A stretch of 64,000 nucleotides of DNA from Malacoraja senta (GCA_038087875.1 JAXLNO010000146.1:124001-188000), one strand, 5' to 3'; positions 1-13,192 are shown, numbered from the stretch's first letter. The notes: generated from the letters alone by a model not told the origin. Program-made: numbers and translations.

Positions 1-691
1 GGAAACCGAAACACCCGGAGCAACCCCACGCGGTCGCAAGATTCCACAGGGACAGCACTTAAGGTCAGAATCGATCCCGGGTCTCTGGCGCCTTCAGATG
101 TAGAAGCCGCTCTGACAAACAGCTTAAAGGTCGCCGTGACCTTATTAAGGGGGAATGTGGTTCTAATCGGTCACCCTATCCAGATTCTATTTCACTATAC
201 AGATTGCTCATGTTCCCCTTTGGTAAAGAAGAGAATCAATTGCATGGTTAACCTTTCCTTACACATATCCCCTACCCCCTCCCCCAACCGCCCAGCAACG
301 TTGTTGAAAATTACCTCTGCTTCTAGCAACTATCCGTTACATGGTGACCATTGTACACAGCACGTTACTGTGTCTAAAGAAGTGTCCTGAACCGAAATGT
401 CACCTATTTAAGTTTTCAGGAGATGCGGTCTGACCCATTGAGTTACTCCAGCACATTATGTCTTTTGTGTAAACCAGTATATGAAGATCCTTGTGTATAA
501 TACCAATGGTTCCAATTCTAGCCAGTTAACTGCCCTCATAATTGCTCTTTTGCAAACAAATATGGTATATGCAGTGATATAATTCTGCAATGACGGCCTT
601 ATTTGCCAGTCGATAATGCACCCGCAGACTTCTTCCCATCCTGATCTCTGTGAAGATTTCGCACGTTCTCCCTGCCACCTTTGTAAGTTCT

Positions 692-1005
692 GTTTTAGTT
701 TATTATATTTTGGAGATACAACGCGGAAACATGCCGCTCGGCCCGTCCAAACCTCGCGGACCAGCGATCCACGCATACTAACTCTACCCTATACAAACGA
801 TGGCCAATTTACAATTTTGAAAGCCAATTAGCGGAAAAACCGGTAGTTTTTTGGAGTGTGGGGGGAATCCGGAGCTCCCGGACACATCCCGCACAGGTCA
901 CGGGGAGAACGTACAAGCTCCTACAAACAGCACCCGCAGTCAGTTTCAAACCCAGGTCTCTGGCGCTGTAAGGCAGCAATTGTACCGCTTCGCCACCGTT
1001 CCGCC
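692..1005 (-). mobile_element. tRNA-derived SINE with CR1-like tail
   Basis: Minus strand begins GGCGGAACGGTGGCGAAGCGG (box A-like) and has GGTTTGAAAC (box B-like); aligns with copies at 56638-56966 and 60497-60800. Confidence 0.7.
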
Positions 1006-1210
1006 GCTCTTGGGAGCACAAATTTCATCCATTATGGCAGAGTAAAAGGACTCTGTTATATGACGTACGGAAAAGAATGGAACTAAAGTGATTAGTCAAA
1101 CAAGCGCTATGGTTCGAATGTTATCTCGGAAAGAAGGATGCAACAATAAACTTGATAGACAGCGACATTTTGAAATTAATGGTCAGTTTCACCGAAACAT
1201 CGAAAACACT

Positions 1211-2450
1211 TTATTGATTTCGACAGAAGACTAATGGGCTTTTAATCACATTTTTACATTCTTCCCTGAATTTGTTCTGTGACACCCCATAAATAAACGT
1301 GTTGGTGCAGGCACTCAGACACCTCAGCATATATCCGCACTGTTCTGCAATGGTAAATGGGTCGTTGTAATCTGTTGCTAAAAGCTGGACGTCCATGAAG
1401 TACACACTGATGAAACACACGAAGGTAACCATCCACAGTAGTACGAAGCTACCGGATATGGCCAGCAATAGAATTATGGACTTTCTTCTGTTCTCCACCT
1501 CCTGATCTGCGCCGCTCTAGTCCTTCGTGTTCCCTCGCAGACCACTCCTCACTGTGTTGGCGTGTATAATGTGTCTGATTGTAAGGGCGTTGAGGAGCAC
1601 GATCAGTAAAATTGGTGCCAATGGTGTTAGGATGGGTTCGACGGACCAATATGCGATCCATAACGGTGATGTGTAGAAATCTGAGGTTACACCACAGGAC
1701 CAAGCTACGTTGTCGACTATTTCCCGAGGTACGTACACAAAATATATTGGGACATTTTGTATAATACTTAAGATACACGTCACTGCTATCACCAAAGACG
1801 CAGTTTTCTCAGTGCACCATTTTGCTCGTAACCTCGGATTACAGATGGTGAAAAATCGATCGATAGTGAAAGTCACCGTTAGCCAGACCGAGCAATCAAC
1901 GAAAATCAACATAATGGTAATGTACACGCTACAAATAGAGGTTAGGTTGAGGAATGAATACGGAAAATAGCCAACAATAAGCTCGTAGAAAATTACCTCG
2001 AAGATCAGAACCATTAAGTCAGTTACGGCCATGGATACCAGATAGCGGGTGATACATTTGGAGAGTGCACACTTTCCCCGGGAGAGAATGACGATTGCCA
2101 ACAGGTTTGCTGTAGAAAAGGCAAGACTAATATAACCAACATTCATTGTTGCAAGAGAACTTTAGCTTGACAGTTCTTCGCATGAAAGTGAATGGGTTAT
2201 TCGTTTCATTTCCATCGTGTCGCCCGCACGGCCCTTTTCATCGCGTTGACAACACAACAGAATTACATCTGTTTTTGAAAATGTGGTCTTAAAGAGTAAG
2301 AGTAAAAGTAACTCAAGCAACATATTGGAATGGTAAAACCTGGACGTTGGCACATCGGCAGAAAACAATAAAGAGCTTACCAGGAATGCCGATGATGGCA
2401 AGGATAGGGTAGAAAATGTTTTCTACCTGGTTGAGTACCGGCAATTCCAT
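1211..2450 (-). pseudogene. GPR139/GPR142-like class A GPCR, copy 1, two exons (2450-2381, 2109-1211), premature stop in ICL3
   Basis: Exon 1 MELPVLNQVENIFYPILAIIGIP then G|GTAAG donor; acceptor TTTTCTACAG at 2110; exon 2 has SVWLTVTFTIDRF, RRKSIILLLAISGSF and NTFIYG. In-frame TAG at 1519-1517 where copy 5 has GAG. C-terminus is frameshifted (CRNQ*). Intron 271 bp. Confidence 0.85.
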
Positions 2451-2670
2451 GCCCAGAGAACATCGACGTTTACTGCCGTAGTGTGATAGATCGCTTACTT
2501 TTAAAGTTAGTGGTATATTACCCTGAGAAAGCACATGACGACATATCAAGGCCAATTAATTGGAATTAATGTCAGTCACTTAAACAAACAATGTTAGTCA
2601 GATTACGTTTGCTACAGCTAATTATGGAATTGCGTAATAACTGCCAGCAAAGTCGGGTTTTCTATAAAAA
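2451..2670 (-). promoter_or_regulatory. Conserved proximal promoter/5'UTR block, copy 1
   Basis: Reverse complement aligns with the blocks upstream of the other four ATGs (TGTTTGTTTAA, CATGTG, TTTAAAAG, AAACGTCGAT). Confidence 0.6.
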
Positions 2671-2839
2671 ATACATATTACTTCATTATGATATAGAAAA
2701 TAGATAGTATATTATAGTATTAAAGTATATTATAAGTAGGTATATATACTTCTTAGTCTATTCGGACTCTCTGTTTCCTGCGGTAATGTAATGTTGAATT
2801 ATCCATGAATATACATGTGCTTATCTAAAACAATCTTGC

Positions 2840-3520
2840 ACGTCACTCCTACATTTGCACGTTCCAGGTTCCAGGCATAAGATTTGACCGCATTTCCCGT
2901 TAACGTTGACCCGGTAACTTTAAGCCCCAGAGTCTGACTAACTATCTCATATATGCCGCTCATGATTTTATATACTTATGTCATGTCTCCCTTCAACCAT
3001 CAGCATTCCAGAGAAAGCAATCCCGGATTGTCCATCTTCTCCTGAGAGCTAATGCAGCCCAATCCACGTCGCAAACCAGTAAAACACTTCCACAACCATT
3101 CCAAAGCCTACACGTTATTGCTGTAAGCGGGAAACCTGAACTGCACACAACACTCAAAATGAGGCTCAACACTCCAAAATGAGCATCATAACTTTGTGAC
3201 CTGTGTAATCAAAGCCCGCCCAATGAAGGCAAGCATTCTATATGCCTTTTTAAAATATTATTTCTACTTGTGTTGGCACTTTCAGCGAGTTAAGGTTCTG
3301 GACCCTAACACCGTTCTGGACATCAGTGCTGTTAAAAGTCTTGCCATCCATCTTATACCTTCCCCTGACATTCACCTCCTAAAATGCAACAATTCACAGT
3401 TGCCGGGATTTAAATCCATCTGCCATTCCCCTGCCAATTTCTGCAGCTGATCTGTATCCCAGTATGATGTTTAACAACCTTCCTCGCTGTTACCAAATCC
3501 AGCATTGTTGCTTCGTGTAA
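2840..3520 (-). mobile_element. Old CR1 LINE 3' remnant upstream of copy 1
   Basis: Degenerate similarity to the 3' RT region of the young CR1 at 18884-19800; a similar remnant precedes the other gene copies. Confidence 0.6.
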
Positions 3521-3659
3521 ACCGACAACCAACCCGTCCCCTGTGATGTCTGAGGAGCTGGTTATTAACTTCAGAAAGCACAAGCCTATTTAGCTTCAAT
3601 AATGTGAAGGTGGAAATAATTGTGAGCTTCAATTACTAACGCTTTGATATAATCAATCG

Positions 3660-3982
3660 TACACAAAAATGCTGGAGAAACTCAGCGGGTGCAGCAGCAT
3701 CTATGGAGCGAAGGGAATAGGCAACGTTTCGGGCCGAAACCCTTCTTCAGACTGATAGGGGGTGGGGAGAAGAAAGGAAAAAAGGAAAAAGGCGGAGGAG
3801 GAGCCTGAGGGCTGGGGGAGGGGTGGAGACAACCAGAGGCCCGATGAAGGGGAGGGGACAGCGAGGGCTAGCAGAATTGGGAGAATTCAATGTTCAAGCC
3901 CCCAGGATGTAGACTGCCCAAGCAGAATATGAGGTGCATTTCCTCCAATTTACGGTGTTGCTCGCTGTGGCCATGGAGGAGA
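3660..3982 (-). mobile_element. Penelope-like element 3' terminal fragment with hammerhead motif
   Basis: Aligns with 30990-31300; CTGAAGAAGGG..CCCGAAACGTT on the minus strand at 3750-3723. Confidence 0.7.
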
Positions 3983-4174
3983 ATATAATCAATGATCTGC
4001 ATAGACCAAACACGTTGATGCGACAGCCAAGAAGACACACCGAAACATGTACTTCCATCGGAGACTTATGTCTCTAATGACACGTCCAATCTACTGCAGA
4101 TGCATCAAAAGAAGCATTCAGTCTGGTTGCGTCACAACATGGTTTGGGAACATCTCTGCCCAGGACCGCAAGTC

Positions 4175-5160
4175 CTCCCAAATGGGAGTAAATCCTACGC
4201 CGAATAATTCTCTCCAATAATTTCCCTACAACTGACGTGAGGCCATCGGCTTCTCGTCCTCTGATTCTCCCTACTTCTCTTATTATACTCTGTAATCTGT
4301 AATACTCTGTAATCCTACCTGAACTAGCATATAGCAAGAGAAGAACTAAAGATCCTCGACATCCTCGCGATCTCTTGCTTCTTTCATTAACCCTGCAAAG
4401 ATCCCATTAGGTCCTACCACATACTTAATCCTGACATACGCTTATTTCTCTGCCTGATTAGGTTTACAGACCTTGCCATCCTTATCCACCCCCCCCCCCC
4501 CGCCCTTACTGGAACATGCTGCTCCTGGCTTTGGAAAGACCCCCACGTGTCTGATCTGGACTGACCTAATAACCACTGCTCCAAATCAACTCATCCTAGC
4601 TCTAGCCTAATGACACGGCTGTATGCTTTCCCCGACTTAGTACTCTCCACAACTTCCAGACACATCCCTATTTAAAAAAACGATCTTAAAACGGATAGAG
4701 TTATGATCGTTAACTCTAAAATGCTATTCCACTGCAACACCAGTCACCTGGTCAGAGTCATTTTCGAATGCAAGGTCCAGCATGGCCCCTCCTCGAATCG
4801 GGCAATCCGCCTACCGTGTCAGGAATCCTTCTCGGAATCATCTAATAAATACTGCGCCGCCCAGTCCTTTTGTACTGAGTAAGTCCCAGTCAATATTGGG
4901 GAAATTTAAGTCACCCACTACAACAATCTTGTATCCTTCTGCAACCTGTCGGCATAGCTGATCCGCGACCTCTTGTTGTCCTTTGGGTGGCCTTTAATTT
5001 AATCCCATTAGAGTTTGCTCCTTTAAAATATGCTTATATCAATCCATAAGACTCATTGGACGTAACCTACAGTATGTCATCTCCGAATACCGCGATGACA
5101 TTCTCCCAGATTAGTATAACAATCAGCAATCAAACAATATTCTATGCCCCATCTGTTGAC
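4175..5160 (-). mobile_element. Old CR1 ORF2 remnant
   Basis: LTSVVGKLLERII peptide and degenerate endonuclease-like sequence. Confidence 0.55.
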
Positions 5161-6569
5161 GGCAAGCATCAAAGGACAAAGGACATTTATTTTCACATAC
5201 ACCAATTGGTGCAGTGAAATTTGAGTTACCATACAGCACACAAAAAGGATAAATACTAAAGAATTTAACATAAAATATAAAAACATAATCACATCAGCCT
5301 TCTCCGCCAACATATGCTTTCCCCATTCTAAGACCCATAAAACTGCACGGCAATGACTCCCTGTCGCTCAATGTTCTCCGGGGCCCACCATTCATTATAA
5401 TACAGGCAGACAAAAAAAAGTACATCACAGAGATAGACCCTTCGATCATAAATGCCGCGCCGAACACGATGGCATCCTAAACAAATCTCATGTTCCTGCA
5501 CATGATCCATACCTCCATTCCTTGCATGTATGTGCATGTGCTTGTGCCTATCAATGCTACCGCAGTACCTGTCTGCGCCACCACTCTGGAAGCACGTTCC
5601 GGGCACCCACCACTTTCAGGGTGATGTGGACTTCTTTCTTTGTCCAGTTGTCTGTGAAAAAGGTTGTGCTGGCGCCCTTCTTGCTTTTATGATCTGCATA
5701 TGAGCACAGTGGGACATGATCAGTAAGTCTACAGATATCTCGAAAAGTAATGGTTTTGTTCAAAGCGAGGAAGATAATTATTGGCTGTAATATGTTGTAA
5801 CTATAATCAGTTGGTTAAAATGGCTGCAATGGTGAATGCAATTTAATCCTGATAGTTGTGACATGCTGCTATTTGGAAAGAGGAATAAGCAGAGGTCGTA
5901 CTCAGTTCGTTGTTGCTTGCGTGTACTTATGGTAGTTCCATTACAGGCACTATGGGCAGGGGATGAGGAAGCTCCAGGAAGGGTTTGCCACAACGCCGCC
6001 CGGATTAGTGATTATCAACTATAAGGAAATATTTTAGGGATTTTATTTCTTCAATCTGCACCCTGAATCTCACTTTCACCTGGGGCCCTCTTGCCCTGTT
6101 AATAACAGCTCAGAGCGGCAGAGAAACGAAGATATCTCAACGAGCAGTGGCGTGTTTTTCAAACAAGTCAGTTTATTCATGATCGAAATAGTGTATACTG
6201 CGACAAACGCTGAGAAGAACCCAGAGTATTTCAATCACTCACGGCACCGACAGGTATTTTGTAACTGATGATATAATGATTACAAGCGGATTTTATTTGT
6301 TGACATAATGCTTCAGTGATCAGAGTACCCTTGTTGTCTTCTTTCCTTGTACCCCCTCCCCACTCCAGAATTATTTTTAATCTTCGCCGGTTATCTTTAA
6401 TCTTCCCAAATAGCCCCGTGACTATGTTTCCCCGCCCAATCTGCATCCAACTTCGAGGTCTCATCCCGGCTTCCAGCGTTTCGAACTGTAATTGTGGGAG
6501 TTGGCCAAAGGCTTTCTTTACGTTTATGCAAATCTCATCAACTACACTGTGTCATCCTAACATCCTGAA

Positions 6570-7290
6570 GCCGCGGTCTCCGGTAGGAAAGTGCTGATTC
6601 GGGCGCTCCAATCCGCGGACTGCTGTTTGACCGTCCCGACGTCCGAGTTTAGATCATTCCGAAGAGAGGGCCTATATATCCGGCCGTGCATGCACAACGG
6701 TGGTCGAGGGTTTTCGCGCTCCTGGTGGGACAAGAGACATGCTAAAGTACTTTGGCCACCTCATTGAGGTAGCCTTTAAGTCTCCGGCTAAAACGTCCAA
6801 TGCTAGGGGGTGATTTGTCTCGTGGATATTGATGGCGGATCACAGTTCATTCAGAACAATCTTGACATATTCATTGGGAGGGGTGTAGCCTGCTACGACA
6901 AGATAGTTGAGATTAATTCCCTCGGCAGGTAGTACTCTGGCACTTCGCATTCAGATATTCCAGGTCCGGAAGCATCTGCTCGCCAGGAATGCCGTGCCTG
7001 AGCACCCAGATATATTGATTAGAATGCAGACCTCAACGCTCTGAACCTTGACCGAAATTGTCATACGGTCCATCTGGTATACGACCTCGGACAGAATGGC
7101 ATAGTTAGGTATATCAGGGGTGAGCCTTAACTGTGTGAAACAGAGCACACGTCACTCTCAGTTTTCTGAGGTAAGTCAATTTCGATTTAGGTTCATCAAA
7201 CATATTTTCCACAGACTGCACATTATCTGGCAGTATGCTGGGGTGCCGAGGTCTTAACACCACGTTGTTTCAGCCTCACGGCGCACAGCG
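6570..7290 (-). mobile_element. Old Rex1-like LINE endonuclease remnant
   Basis: Peptide LCFTQLRLTPDIPNYAI resembles MVFTETWLNGNIPDNAI of the Rex1 at 10892-11197. Confidence 0.5.
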
Positions 7291-8324
7291 GTCTTTGCGA
7301 ATTTCCTCAACAGGTGGCAGCATTTCGGCCCCATGAGTCAGTTCCCTGACCTGATGTCTAAGCGGGAGTCCCCGGTAGGTGATTAGCCGTCCACGATGGG
7401 GAATTCGGGCGCTTTTGTGGGCAGGGCATCCGTCCAGACTGGCTCCAAGTCATGATACATATCTATACCACTTTGGGTAGGCCGTCTTTTGAGGATTGTG
7501 TGCAATCCTGCTCGCCGCCTTGTAGCAATGACATGGAGGTGGATTCAGAAATTGTTTATCTGAATACTGCTTGAATTGGAGTATATCAGTTCCAAGGAAA
7601 AGCTGGACAAACTTGGGTTGTTTTCACTGGAATGCCGAATGTTGAAAGGAGACCTGATATCTATATAATTAAAAGCTTCATATTGACCACTTCCTGTCTG
7701 CGCTGTATATTGATTTTAGAGAAAAACTCGACCGTGTATCGCTGTGATTTTTGGCCATCTTACTTACAGTCCTCCTCCGCTGAGCAGGCCCTGAGGATTT
7801 TTCCCATCGATGAAAAATGAAAAAAGGTTATGAGTGTTTAAAAAACCTTGAGATCCTCTCGCCTGTCAATCACCGCGATGAAGGTAACGCCCCTTCCGGG
7901 GGAGGCAGGACTACAAAACCGCGGATGCCTGGTCGTGACCCAGTCTCTCTGCAAGATCGCGAGGGAGAGGCCACGACTCTTATTCTACTGTGAGCCTACA
8001 GAACATTGAGTCTACTGAAATGTGAGTACGCCCTTTATGTGCTTTATGCGGTTTATGTGTTTTATGCGGTTGTGTGCTTTATGTGGTTAACCCTTTATGA
8101 GCTTGCAATAAATGATTTGTTAGCCAGTAATGTGCAAGCAATGAATAATGATTTGTTAACCATTAATATGCTTGCAATAAATGATTTGTTAGCCAGCAAT
8201 GTGCTTGCAATGAATGATGCTTTGTTAACACTTTATGTACTTGCAATAAATTATTTGTTAGCCCTTAATGACAATGCCATGAGTTGTTTGGCCTGCTGCC
8301 CTGCTTGTGCTTGAAACTGCAATG

Positions 8325-8434
8325 GTTTATTAGGTCCGACTGTGTTTTGAAGGAATAAATGCTTTATCAGTTCCGACTGTGTTTGTAAGGAATAAATGCT
8401 TTAAAAATGTCCGACTGTGTTTGGAAGGAATAAA
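8325..8434 (+). repeat. ~37-bp tandem repeat (3 units; a further partial unit at 11236-11257), split by the Rex1 insertion
   Basis: TTTATTAGGTCCGACTGTGTTT..AAGGAATAAATGC recurs on both sides of the LINE. Confidence 0.75.
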
Positions 8435-11233
8435 TTCAATTCAATTCAATTCAATTCAACTTTAATGCCATTGCACAAATACTGAGTATGGGTACAACGA
8501 AATGCAGTTTTGCGTCAGTCCGTAGTAGTATAGCAATATAGAATTTTTTTTTTTTTAAAGAGGATACAGAATAATTTGAAAAAATACAGAATAATAAACA
8601 ATGGGGACGGAGGGACCGGAGGAATCTATCGGCGGGACTCCGAGTTCAGCAATGCGACGGTATGATTGTAGAAGCTGTTCCTCATCCTACTGGTACGAGA
8701 CCTGAGGCTCCTGTACCGCCTCCCTGATGGGAGGAGGGCAAACAGTCCATGGTTGGGGTGGGAGGGGTCTTTAATGATCTTCCCAGCCCGTTTCAGACAC
8801 CGTTTTCGGTGGAGGGCATCCATGGCAGGGAGCGGGGCACCGATGATGTGCTGCGCGGTTTTCACCACCCGTTGTAGTGCCTTCCTGTCCGTAACAGTGC
8901 AGCTGCTGTACCATACCGTGAAGCAGGTGGTCAGGATACTCTCGATGGTACACCGGTAGAAGTTGGTCAGGATCCGGGGGGACAGGTGGGCTTTCTTGAG
9001 CCTCCTCAGGAAGTAAAGGCGCTGCTGTGCCTTTTTGATCAGCTTGGAGGTGTTGAGGGACCAGGACAAATCCTCCGAGATGTGTACCCCGAGGAATTTG
9101 TAGCTGGAGACGCGCTCCACCTCAGTCCCCACTGACCTTCCTGAAGTCGACAATAATTTCCTTCGTCTTCTTGGAGTTGAGGACGAGGTTATTGTTGGCA
9201 CACCAGGTTGTCAGGTGCTGGACCTCCTCTCTGTAGGCTGACTCATCGTTGTCACTGATCAGTCCTACCACCGTGGTGTCGTCAGCAAACTTAATGATGG
9301 CGTTGGATCCGTACTTAGGGATGCAGTCGTGGGTGAAGAGGGAGTAGAGGAGAGGGCTGAGCACACAGCCCTGTGGCACGCCGGTGTTCAGTGTTATAGT
9401 GGAGGAGGTGAGGTTGTTGACCCTAACAGACTGTGGTCTGTTGGTGAGGAAATCCAGTGTCCAGTTGCAGAGGGAGGTGGAGATGCCAAGCCCGCTGAGT
9501 TTGGTGATCAAGCTGGCGGGGATGACAGTATTAAAAGCGGAGCTGAAATCAATGAACAGCAACCTGATGTAGGAGTTGTTGTTGTCCAGGTGGGTCAGGG
9601 CAGAGTGTAGGGCCGCCGATATGGCGTCCTCTGTAGACCTGTTGGCCCGGTAGGCAAACTGATGGGGGTCCAGTGTGGGGGGGAGGCTGGCTTTGAGGTG
9701 AGCCAAGATCAGCCGCTCAAAGCACTTAGCAATGACAGGGGTGAGTGCCACTGGGCGGAAATCGTTGAGGCTCCCTGTGGCTGACTGTTTGGGCACTGGC
9801 ACGATGGTTGATGTCTTGAGGCAAGTGGGGACAACACCCTGGGCCAGTGAGAGATTGAAAATGTCGGTAAAGACTGGGGATAGTTGTCCAGCACATGCCC
9901 TAAGCACCCGGCCAGGGATGCCATCGGGGCCGGCAGCTTTGCGCTCATTCACCTTGCTCAGTGCATCTTGTACAGCAGAGGTGGAGAGACTGAGGGGTTG
10001 TTCATTTGGGGGGGGAGCAACTTTGATGGCTGGGGTTTTGTTATCCCGGTCAAAGCGAGTATAGAAATGGTTTAGTTCATCAGGAAGGGTGGTGTTGTCT
10101 GGGGGAGGGGTGTTAACTTTCTGGTAATCGGCAAGGGATTTGATTCCTTGCCACATGCGCCTGGGGTCAGAGTTGTTTTGGAAGTGCTCCTCAATCCGCC
10201 GTTTGTGATTGAGTTTGGCATTCCTAATTCCCATTTTCAGATTGGCCCTGGATGAGCTATATCCCTCAGCGTCGCCAGATCTGAAAGCGGCATCGCGAGC
10301 CTTCAGTAGGAGTCTGACCTCCCTGCTCATCCACGGCTTCTGGTTAGGGAAGGTCTTTATTTCTTTGTGGGTAGTGACATTATCGGTGCAGAATTTTATA
10401 TAGTCCATAACTGTTGAGGTGTATGAGTTGATGTCCACTTGTGAATTGAAGGTGGACTGAGTAGCAAACAGACTCCAGTCTGTCTGCTGAAACTGCTGCT
10501 GTAAAACAGAGACAGCCCCCTCAGGCCAGACCTTCACTGTCCTCGTGGTAGGTTTCACACGTCTGATCAGAGGTGTGTATTTGGGGAGCAGGAACAGAGA
10601 GAGGTGGTCAGACTGACCAAGGTGGGGGAGGGGGAGGGCTTTGTAGGCTTCAGTAATATTAGTGTAAACTAAGTCCAGAATATTGTTTCCTCTGGTTGGG
10701 CAGGAAACATGCTGATGGAACCTGGGGAGTACAGTTTTAAGGTCGGAGTGGTTGAAATCACCCGCAACAATAAATGCCCCCTCAGGGTGAGCAGATAGAT
10801 GTTTGCTGATAGCAGCTTGCAGCTCTTCCATTGCTAGCCTGGCATTAGCGTCCGGGGGTACATAGACTGCCGTGATAACAGTCGATGTGAATTATCTGGG
10901 CAAATAGAAGGGCCTGCACTTTAACATCAGGTATTCCAGGTCAGCAGAGCACTGACTACCAATCCTAACAACGTCCGTGCACCATGTGTTATTCACATAG
11001 ATGCACAGTCCGCCGCCCTTGGTCTTACCGGAGTCCTCCGCTGTTCTGTCGGCCCTGAAGACAGTGCACCCCTCCAGCTCGATGGCGTTGTCCGGGATGT
11101 TGCCGTTGAGCCATGTTTCAGTAAAGACCATGGCGTTGCAGTCGGCGATCCGTCTGTGTGTGGTGATCCGCAGCCTTAGTTCATCGATTTTACTCACTAG
11201 GGACCGGACATTCGCGAGGAATGTCCGGTCCCT
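8435..11233 (-). mobile_element. Rex1/Babar-clade LINE, 5' truncated, APE + RT, two lesions
   Basis: APE motifs (FTETWL, AGDFN, SDH) and RT motifs (LFIDFSSAFNT, GVPQGCVLSP, KFADD); TAA at 10894-10892; frameshifting deletion near 9125; (TTGAA)n tail at 8435-8459. Confidence 0.9.
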
Positions 11234-11432
11234 GATTTATTAGGTCCGACTGTGTTTACTCCAAAGGTCCCGCTCATTTCGTTAGTTCCGCTTAGTGGAC
11301 AGGTCGCGCTGATTGCGTAATTTCCGGTGAGTGCAGACGTCACGCTGATTGCGGAAGTGCCGCTGAAAGCGGAACCCCCACAGTGCAGAGGCCGCGGTAA
11401 GCCATGTAAGTATTCAAGAAAGTTTACTGTCA

Positions 11433-11806
11433 TGTGTATGTGTGTGTGAGTGTGTGTGAGTGTGAGTGTATGTGTGAGTGTATGTGTGAGTGTATGTGTG
11501 AGTGCATGTGTAAGTGCATGTGTGAGTGTATATGTGAGTGTTTGTGTGAGTGTATTTGTGAGTGTATGTGTGAGTGGATGTATGAGTGTGAGTGTGTATG
11601 CGTGTGCGTGTGTGAGTGTATATGTGAGTGTGCATGTGAGAGTCTGTGAGTGTGTGTGAGTGCATGTGTGTGTGTGAGTATATGTGTGTGTGTGAGTGTA
11701 TATGTGTGAGACAGTGTATGTGTGTGTGTTTGTGAGTGTATGTGTGTGTTTGTGTATGTGTGTGTGAGTGTATGTGTGTGCGAGTTTATGTGTTTGTGTG
11801 AGCTGG

Positions 11807-11876
<70 letters not shown>

Positions 11877-11895
11877 TGTGTGTGTGTGTGTGTGA
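11433..11895. repeat. (GT)n-rich compound microsatellite
   Basis: Directly visible. Confidence 0.95.
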
Positions 11896-13192
11896 ATTTG
11901 CTTGCCTGCACTCGGCTTGAAGTGCTGTGAGATTGGATTTGCTGCCTGCACGCTGCGTGAAGTGCTGTGAGATTGGATTTGCTGCCTGCACGCTGCGTGA
12001 AGTGCTGTGAGATTGGATTTGCTGCCTGCACTCTGCTTGATGTCCTGTGAAATTGAATTTGCCGCCTGCACTCTGCTTGAAGTGCTGTGAGATTGGATTT
12101 GCTGCCTGCACTCTGCTTGATGTCCTGTGAGATTGGATTTGCTGCCTGCACTCTGCTTGAAGTGCTGTGAGATTAGATTTGTTGCCTGCACTCTGCTTGA
12201 AGTGCTGTGAGATTGGATTTAAGGTCTGCGCTCTGCTTGAAGTGCTGTGCGATTGGATTTGCTGCCTGTACTCTGCTTGAAGTGCTGTGCGATGGGATTT
12301 GCTGCCTGCACTCTGCTTGAAGGGCTCTGAGATTGGATTTGCTGCCTGCACTCTGCTTGAAGTGCAGTGAGATTGGATTTGCTGCCTGCACTCTGCATGA
12401 AGTGCTCTGAGATTGGATTTGCTGCCTGAACTCTGCTTGAAGAGCTGTGAGACTGCATTTACTGCCTGCACTCTGAGTGAAGTGCTGTGAGATTGGATTT
12501 GCTGCCTCCACTCTGCTTGAAGTGCTGTGAGATTGGATTTGCTGCCTGCACTCTGCTTGAAGTGCTGCGAGATTGGATTTGCGTTCTGCGCTCTGCTTGA
12601 AGTGCTGTGAGATTGGATTTGCTGCCTGCGCTCTGCTTGAAGTGCTGTATGATTAGATTTGCTTCCTGCACTCTGCTTGAAGTGCTGTGAGATTGCATTC
12701 GCTGCCTGCACTCTGCTTGAAGTGCTGTGACATTGGATTTGCTGCCTGCACTCTGCTTGAAGTGCTGTGAGATTGCATTTGCTGCCTCCACTCTGCTTGA
12801 AGTTCTGTGAGATTGGATTTGCTGCCTGCACTCTGCTTGAAGTGCTGTGAGATTCGATTTGCAGCCTGCACTGTGCTTGATATGCTGTGAGTTTGGATTT
12901 GCTGCCTGCAATCTGCTTCAGGTGCTGTGAGATTGCATTTGCTGCCTGCACTCTGTTGATGTGCTGTGCGATTGGATTTGCTGCCTGCACTCTGCTAGAA
13001 GAGCTGTGAGATTGGATTTGCTGCCTGCACTCTGCTTGAAGTGCTGTGAGATTGGATTTGCTGCCTGCACTCTGCTTGAAGTGCTTTGAGTTTGGATTTG
13101 CTGGCGTGCACTCTGCTTGAAGTGCTGTGAGATTGGATTTGCTGGCCTGCACTCTGCTAGAAGTGCTGAGAGATTGGCTTTGCTGGCCTGCG
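11896..13192. repeat. 40-bp minisatellite, ~32 units
   Basis: Unit GCTGCCTGCACTCTGCTTGAAGTGCTGTGAGATTGGATTT. Confidence 0.95.

Noticed and set aside
11197..13152. 651-aa ORF and overlapping repetitive ORFs
   Set aside because: The 40-bp unit has no stop codon in any frame on the minus strand and is joined to a (CA)n tract; an artefact of the repeats inside the Helitron
11896..13192. CRISPR-like regular array
   Set aside because: Head-to-tail units with no unique spacers, in a eukaryotic context; the same applies to the 90-bp array at 23141-23845
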